NCBI GenBank assembly: GCA_963833575.1
Contig: CAWHXY010000008.1
Coordinates: forward strand, 139,379-203,378
Length of the DNA: 64,000 nt
Direction of reading: 5' to 3'
Source of the DNA: Candidatus Bathyarchaeota archaeon
GTDB taxonomy: Archaea; Thermoproteota; Bathyarchaeia; Bathyarchaeales; Bathycorpusculaceae
Shown here: one piece after another, positions 58,934 to 64,000 of the stretch
Position numbering within the stretch: position 1 is the first letter of the stretch
How the letters are laid out: every line of letters starts with the position of its first letter
The notes under the pieces: generated by a model
Database searches by the model: none
The model's input: the letters and a program-made list of their open reading frames with translations, nothing else
Told to the model about the DNA's origin: nothing
Position numbers and translations under genes: made by a program

Positions 58934-61900
58934 ATGCACAAAGGATATAGCTGCCAAGAAGTAAAACCCGACGCAATTGAAGCAAATTCAAACCTATTTA
59001 TTGATACTGTAGGTCTTGGCAAAAATGGTCCTATGCGCATTTTACACGTTGATGATGATCCTTGCTTTCTTGAAGTTTCAAAAAAAATACTCATAATGGA
59101 GAACAATTTTAAAATTGATAACGCTACATCGGTCAATGAAGCCTTTGAAAAATTGGAAAGTCAGACTTACAATGCGATCGTTTCTGATTATGAAATGCCC
59201 CTAAGAAATGGCTTAGACTTTTTGAAAGAACTAAGAGACCGGCAAAGTGACATTCCTTTTATCTTGTTTACGGGAAAAGGCAGGGAAGATGTTGCCATTG
59301 AAGCTTTGAATTTGGGCGTAGACCGCTATGTCAACAAAAACGGTTCTCATAAAACGGTTTATTGTGAATTAGCAGATGCCATAAACAAAACTGTGGAGAG
59401 AAAGAAATCAAAGCAGTTGCTTATTGCTTCAGAGTCAAAGTATCGCAAGTTGGTGGAGAATTCACTACAGGGCATAATGGTTATGAAAATAGCCCCGCTA
59501 AGGTGTGTTTTCGCCAATGATTCTATGGAAAAAATCTTGGGCTATTCTCCTCAAAAGTTAATGTCACTTTCGCATGAAGGAATAATGAGTTTGGTGTACG
59601 CTGAGGATAAGGCGGTTTTCTTAAATCGTTTAGAAAGCCGTTTTCGAGGTGAACCAGCGGAGTCTTGTCTAGAGTTTCGCGTGGTAGGCAAAGGCGGTTC
59701 GATAATCTGGCTAAGTGCCTTCTCGAACCGAGTGGATTATGATGGACAAATAGCCGTGCAGGCGATGTTCTTGGATGTTACTGAGAGCAAGAAAACGGGA
59801 GAGATTATGCTCGAAAGTGAGAAGAGGTACAGAGAACTGGCAGATTCTTTACCCAACATTGTCTTTGAGACTGACCTAAATGGACGAATTGTATTTGCCA
59901 ATAAAATCGCTTGGGAAATCGGTGGATATTCTCAGGATGAGCTTGAAAAAGGGTTGAATTTTGCCCATTTTCTTGCTCCTGAACATAGAGAAATGGCGTT
60001 AAAGGAATTCCAAAAATTACTATCTGGTGGTGACCGTATTATTGTGGAGTTCACCTTCATGAAAAAAAACGGCGGCACCTTTCCCGCCCTCATAACGGCC
60101 ACGTCCATTACTTATCAAAACAAAGTTACAGGTGTCAGAGGTCTGATAATAGATATCACCGAGCGAAAGAAAGCTGAAGAAACAATTAGACTTTCAGAAG
60201 AAAAATACCGAAGTCTCTTTGAAAATGCGTCGGATGTTATCCTGACAGGCGATTTATCCGGAAAAATAACATCGATAAACGGAGCCATTGAAAAATTTGG
60301 TCTCCTGAAGAAACAAGTTGTTGGAAGAAATGTGCGCGAGTTTCTAACAATTAAGGATGGCAAAAGACAGGATGAGATTTTTCAAGATGTAGGTTCTGGG
60401 AAATCGCGTTGTGGGGAACTTGAAGCAACTGTTGCAATTGGAAAAAGAACTTTTGAAGTTAAGACCGACCCATTAAAGATCGACGATAGAGTAGTGGGGT
60501 TCCAAACTATTCTAAGAGATGCAACTGAACGCAAGGATGCAGAAGAAAAACTAAGAGAATCGGAAGAAAAATATAGAGATATTTTTGAGAACGCGAGGGA
60601 CGCTATTTACGTTCATAATCTGAAAGGAAAAATATTCTCTATAAATAAGGTTGTTGAAGAATACGGCCTTGCACAAGACAAAATTATTGGAAAAAACATG
60701 TTAAACTTTGTTCCCAAGAAATATTGGCCAAAACTAATTGCGAATCTTTCTCAGTTAGCTCAAGGAAAGCAGGTAGAAGGTGAAATCGAAGTAAACACAC
60801 CTGTGGGAAAAAGAAGTGCAGAGTATAGAAGCAACCCTGTAATACGAAGCAACAAGGTCATCGGCGTTCATACTGTTCTGCGAGATACCACGGAAAGGAA
60901 GAAAACTGAAGATGCTTTGGTTGAAAGTCAACAGAAATTCAAAGCGTTGTTTTCTGCTAATCCTGAGGCTGCAGTGTTTCTGGACAACGATTTTCACGTG
61001 ATTGAGTCTAATTCTCGGTTTAGCATACTTTTTGGGTATCCTTTTAATGAAATTAAGGGAAAATCTATCACTGATCATATCGTGCCTGAAGAAGCAAAGG
61101 AAGAGTCACGAAGCCTTCGCCATGAAATCACTTCAGGACCAGTTGAAACAGTCGTTTTTCGAAAAAGAAAAGATGGCTCTCAATTCCCATTGTTCCTATC
61201 TGGGGGGCCAGTTGTAGTTGATGGCAAAACAATCGGCTGCATAGTGGTTTTCAAAGATATTTCTAACATAGTCACAGTCCAGGAAGAATTGAGCAGCGCA
61301 TTAGCGAAGGCTGAGGTGCTTAATGAAAAGTTAAACGTGGTAGGCGGCTTTACTAGGCATGACGTGAGAAACAAACTGTCCGCGATTAATGGGAACTTAT
61401 ATCTTGCAGAGAAATACGCTGGAGATAATCCACCGCTGAAAAAATGTTTGGATCAAATTAAAATAGCCGTTAGTAATACCGATCGTTTGCTTGAATTTGC
61501 AAAAGACTACGAAATGTTGGGAAGCCAAGAACGGGTAACGCTTGATGTAGGAAAAGCATTTGATTATGCTACATCGCTCTTTGCAGATTTGAAAGGCATC
61601 AAAATAGTAAACGAATGCACGGGGTACAGCGTATTGGCTGATTCCATGCTTTCCACAATTTTCCACAACCTGATTGACAACTCGTTGAAATATGGTCAGA
61701 AACTTACGCAGATAAAAGTATACATTCGCCAAAATCAAAACAAAATCGAAAACATTGTCTATGAAGATGATGGATTAGGAATTGACGCAGCGAGAAAGAA
61801 GCAGCTGTTCACAAAAGGCTTTGGAAGGGGAACCGGTTTGGGCTTATACTTGATCAAACGAACATGCGAAATTTATGGTTGGACCGTAGAAGAAAAGGGC

Positions 61901-61954
61901 GAACTAGGGAAAGGAGCACAATTTGTTTTTAGCCTTCCAAAAACAACGCGCTGA
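58934..61954 (+). CDS. REC-multi-PAS histidine kinase (start possibly 59033)
   Basis: ILHVDDD, five PAS/PAC repeats, RHDVRN, NLIDNS, GTGLGL. Confidence 0.93.
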   Translation: MHKGYSCQEVKPDAIEANSNLFIDTVGLGKNGPMRILHVDDDPCFLEVSKKILIMENNFKIDNATSVNEAFEKLESQTYNAIVSDYEMPLRNGLDFLKELRDRQSDIPFILFTGKGREDVAIEALNLGVDRYVNKNGSHKTVYCELADAINKTVERKKSKQLLIASESKYRKLVENSLQGIMVMKIAPLRCVFANDSMEKILGYSPQKLMSLSHEGIMSLVYAEDKAVFLNRLESRFRGEPAESCLEFRVVGKGGSIIWLSAFSNRVDYDGQIAVQAMFLDVTESKKTGEIMLESEKRYRELADSLPNIVFETDLNGRIVFANKIAWEIGGYSQDELEKGLNFAHFLAPEHREMALKEFQKLLSGGDRIIVEFTFMKKNGGTFPALITATSITYQNKVTGVRGLIIDITERKKAEETIRLSEEKYRSLFENASDVILTGDLSGKITSINGAIEKFGLLKKQVVGRNVREFLTIKDGKRQDEIFQDVGSGKSRCGELEATVAIGKRTFEVKTDPLKIDDRVVGFQTILRDATERKDAEEKLRESEEKYRDIFENARDAIYVHNLKGKIFSINKVVEEYGLAQDKIIGKNMLNFVPKKYWPKLIANLSQLAQGKQVEGEIEVNTPVGKRSAEYRSNPVIRSNKVIGVHTVLRDTTERKKTEDALVESQQKFKALFSANPEAAVFLDNDFHVIESNSRFSILFGYPFNEIKGKSITDHIVPEEAKEESRSLRHEITSGPVETVVFRKRKDGSQFPLFLSGGPVVVDGKTIGCIVVFKDISNIVTVQEELSSALAKAEVLNEKLNVVGGFTRHDVRNKLSAINGNLYLAEKYAGDNPPLKKCLDQIKIAVSNTDRLLEFAKDYEMLGSQERVTLDVGKAFDYATSLFADLKGIKIVNECTGYSVLADSMLSTIFHNLIDNSLKYGQKLTQIKVYIRQNQNKIENIVYEDDGLGIDAARKKQLFTKGFGRGTGLGLYLIKRTCEIYGWTVEEKGELGKGAQFVFSLPKTTR

Positions 61955-61955
61955 G

Positions 61956-62468
61956 TGATTGGGCTATAGGCTTCACTTAGCTGTTGGCGTTAAGAGTGAA
62001 TTGCCTGTCGCAATGATTGTGGTTTCTGCTATCGAGAACGAGAAGAAACATTCGCTAAGCCTCTTTGAAAAAGCGTCAGAACATGTTAAGCCTAGAAGGC
62101 TCTTGGCAGCCTCTCAGTATAATGCTGCAAATCTAAGAGATGCGGTTTCTCAGCGTGGAGCTTTACCCGTGATTCCTTATCCGAAGAATCAAAGCAAAGG
62201 CGTTAGGTGGATTCTTAGAATTGACAGAAAGTTTCGCAGTCATGGGCCTCAAAGGTTCAAATCGGCCTACAAGAAGCGAGTGGCTATAGAGCGGGTTTTC
62301 AGCAGACTTAAAAACTTGGCGAGTCTCACGCAGGACAATCTGAGAGGCTTGGCAAAAATCACGTTTCATTCTCAACTCTGCATCTTAATCATGCTTCTGA
62401 CAGCGGAAGCAGCAACAAACACTCATAAAAATGGTAAATCAAGAGGCATCAGATACTTTGCAAACTAA
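61956..62468 (+). pseudogene. 5'-truncated IS4/IS5-like transposase
   Basis: GYRLH, degenerate LAASQY, YKKRVAIERVFSRLK. Confidence 0.8.
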
Positions 62469-62625
62469 ATCTCGGAACAGCCATGCACGCTCTAAAAAGT
62501 TGGATTTAATCAAGAAATTTCTAGATAGCTCTTTTATGGCTTTGTCTAACAGGTCTCATAGCTGAAGGAGACAGCTACCGGCGTTGGTCTCAGGATGGTC
62601 TCATTTGGTGAAAAGGGCTGCAGGT

Positions 62626-62790
62626 TTATTCTAATTTGAATAATAGGTCAGCAATCCTCTTCTTGGTAAAAGGATGTAGCTGAGATATCATTCTGCACTC
62701 GCCGCAGTTCTTTTCGGCACATTCTTTCCCCAAGATCCATTCGCCTTTGTCGTTTACTTGGCATCCACACTTTAGGGTTACTGTTGCCAT
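62626..62790 (-). CDS. small Cys-rich protein
   Basis: MATVTLKCGC...EC....CGEC...LHPF. Confidence 0.55.
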   Translation of the reverse strand: MATVTLKCGCQVNDKGEWILGKECAEKNCGECRMISQLHPFTKKRIADLLFKLE

Positions 62791-62877
62791 GTTATGACTG
62801 TTAATTATAAGTAGCATATAAGCATTATAACAGCGCAAACATAGCGCGCCTGCGGTCCTAAATTCGCAATTAGCCTT

Positions 62878-63026
62878 AAGGGGATTGGCTAAAATCACGT
62901 TTCCCTCTCAACTCTGCATACTAATTAATCTATTAACAGCTGAAGCAAGCATTGAACACTCATAACAACGCTAAATCCAGAAGCATCAGATACTTTGCAA
63001 ATTAATTTAGGAACAGCCATGCGCGC
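62878..63026 (+). pseudogene. degenerate second copy of the transposase 3' end
   Basis: Aligns with ~62343-62490 (AAAATCACGTTTC..TCTCAACTCTGCAT..GCATCAGATACTTTGCAAA..GGAACAGCCATGC). Confidence 0.8.
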
Positions 63027-63189
63027 TATTTTACGTAGCAAGGAAAGGACTTTACGCCTTAAATTTGTCTTCAAATCAAAGAATAAGAATTATTGCAACT
63101 TTGGATTGGTTAATGAATAATTCTGCGTGTTCCGATTAAGCAGATTTACTGAGAAAAAAAATATGAGGTTTTTTGGTGCCTCTGTTTTT

Positions 63190-63606
63190 TTACTTTGGCA
63201 TCAGCACTTTGTCGATAACGTGTATGACGCCGTTGTCTGCAGCAATGTCTGCTTTAACTATTTGGGCGTCGTTTATCTTCACGTTCTTGTGCAAGTGCCA
63301 TTTAGAAGCGTCGACTTTTAGGTCTTGACCTTGTAGCGTTGTTAGTTTTGGATGTTGTACTACATCGCTTGCCGGAACTTTTCCAGCGACGACATGGTAT
63401 GTTAGAACAGCTGTCAACTTTGGAATGTCTTTCAATAGGCCATCAACTGTGCCTTTGGGGAGTTTAGCGAATGCTTCGTCATTTGGTGCAAAAACCGTGA
63501 ATGGACCTTTGCCTTTTAATGTGTCAACTAATTTTGCTGCTGTTACAGCCGCTACAAGTGTTTTGAATGTGCCTGCCGCTACTGCGGTATCAACTATATC
63601 TGCCAT
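63190..63606 (-). CDS. fasciclin (FAS1) domain protein
   Basis: [28 protein letters not shown]. Confidence 0.93.
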   Translation of the reverse strand: MADIVDTAVAAGTFKTLVAAVTAAKLVDTLKGKGPFTVFAPNDEAFAKLPKGTVDGLLKDIPKLTAVLTYHVVAGKVPASDVVQHPKLTTLQGQDLKVDASKWHLHKNVKINDAQIVKADIAADNGVIHVIDKVLMPK

Positions 63607-63734
63607 AAAAATTCATCTCTTATTATAGCCTACCTCCAGGCGCTGACCACTACTTAAGGATTTGTTAATTTGTGGACTCACACTAACACTTTTTTGCGTT
63701 TTTTTTGTTATATGGAGCTGTTTCATCATTAGAA

Positions 63735-63875
63735 CGGTGTATGGTTTCTTTCTCTATCTTTTCAAATAGTTCAATAAACGTTTGCTCATTTTGAGCACCT
63801 ACAATTGTGTATTCATCATTTATGACAAACGTGGGTACATTCGTGATGTCGTGTTCTCTGGTTTCGTTGCAGTTA
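63735..63875 (-). pseudogene. C-terminal remnant of a DsbA/FrnE-like oxidoreductase
   Basis: ITNVPTFVINDEYTIVGAQ..F with no start or CXXC upstream in frame. Confidence 0.6.
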
Positions 63876-64000
63876 TTTGCGTGAAGCCCAAAAATTAATC
63901 GAAGTTGGCTTTGAGTATGTTTGCGACATATCAGGAGTAAAGCTGTTTAGAAAACGAAAATAGTATACCAAATGATACAAAATGGGGCCTGCTGGGTTTG

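Noticed and set aside
58934-61954. Kinase as KdpD
   Set aside because: No KdpD/USP or TM domains; generic cytoplasmic REC-PAS kinase

Overview
Archaeal chromosomal window, most consistent with Bathyarchaeia (archaeal LeuRS/TyrRS, GatDE, Elp3, eS30, Sm/Lsm, RIO2, histone, eL22-like protein, PEF-CTERM-type surface proteins; taxon is an inference). Housekeeping blocks flank three accessory zones. (1) ~17.0-27.3 kb, between tyrS and rps30e: ~15 unrelated short genes, mostly on the minus strand. Nearly every gap carries a copy of a degenerate 30-50 bp direct repeat, and some genes share promoter or C-terminal modules. This looks like an integron-like cassette array with a non-attC site and no recombinase in view. 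Its cargo includes a histone variant, an eL22-like protein and three singly disrupted surface-protein genes. (2) An apparently complete 2.7-kb IS6-family element (TIRs, 8-bp TSD GTCTTTCA) with passenger genes. (3) A K+/nutrient block (APC permease, asnB, kdpABC without kdpDE) with three stand-alone Lrp/AsnC ligand-binding-domain genes, small ORFs and a shared 17-bp motif. Three candidate structured RNAs/DNAs (1985-2135, 25554-25666, 40336-40460) and a 10-bp phased repeat (9301-9360) are not explained by the ORF track. No tRNA, rRNA or CRISPR array was seen. All calls are by-eye motif recognition; no database searches were run.
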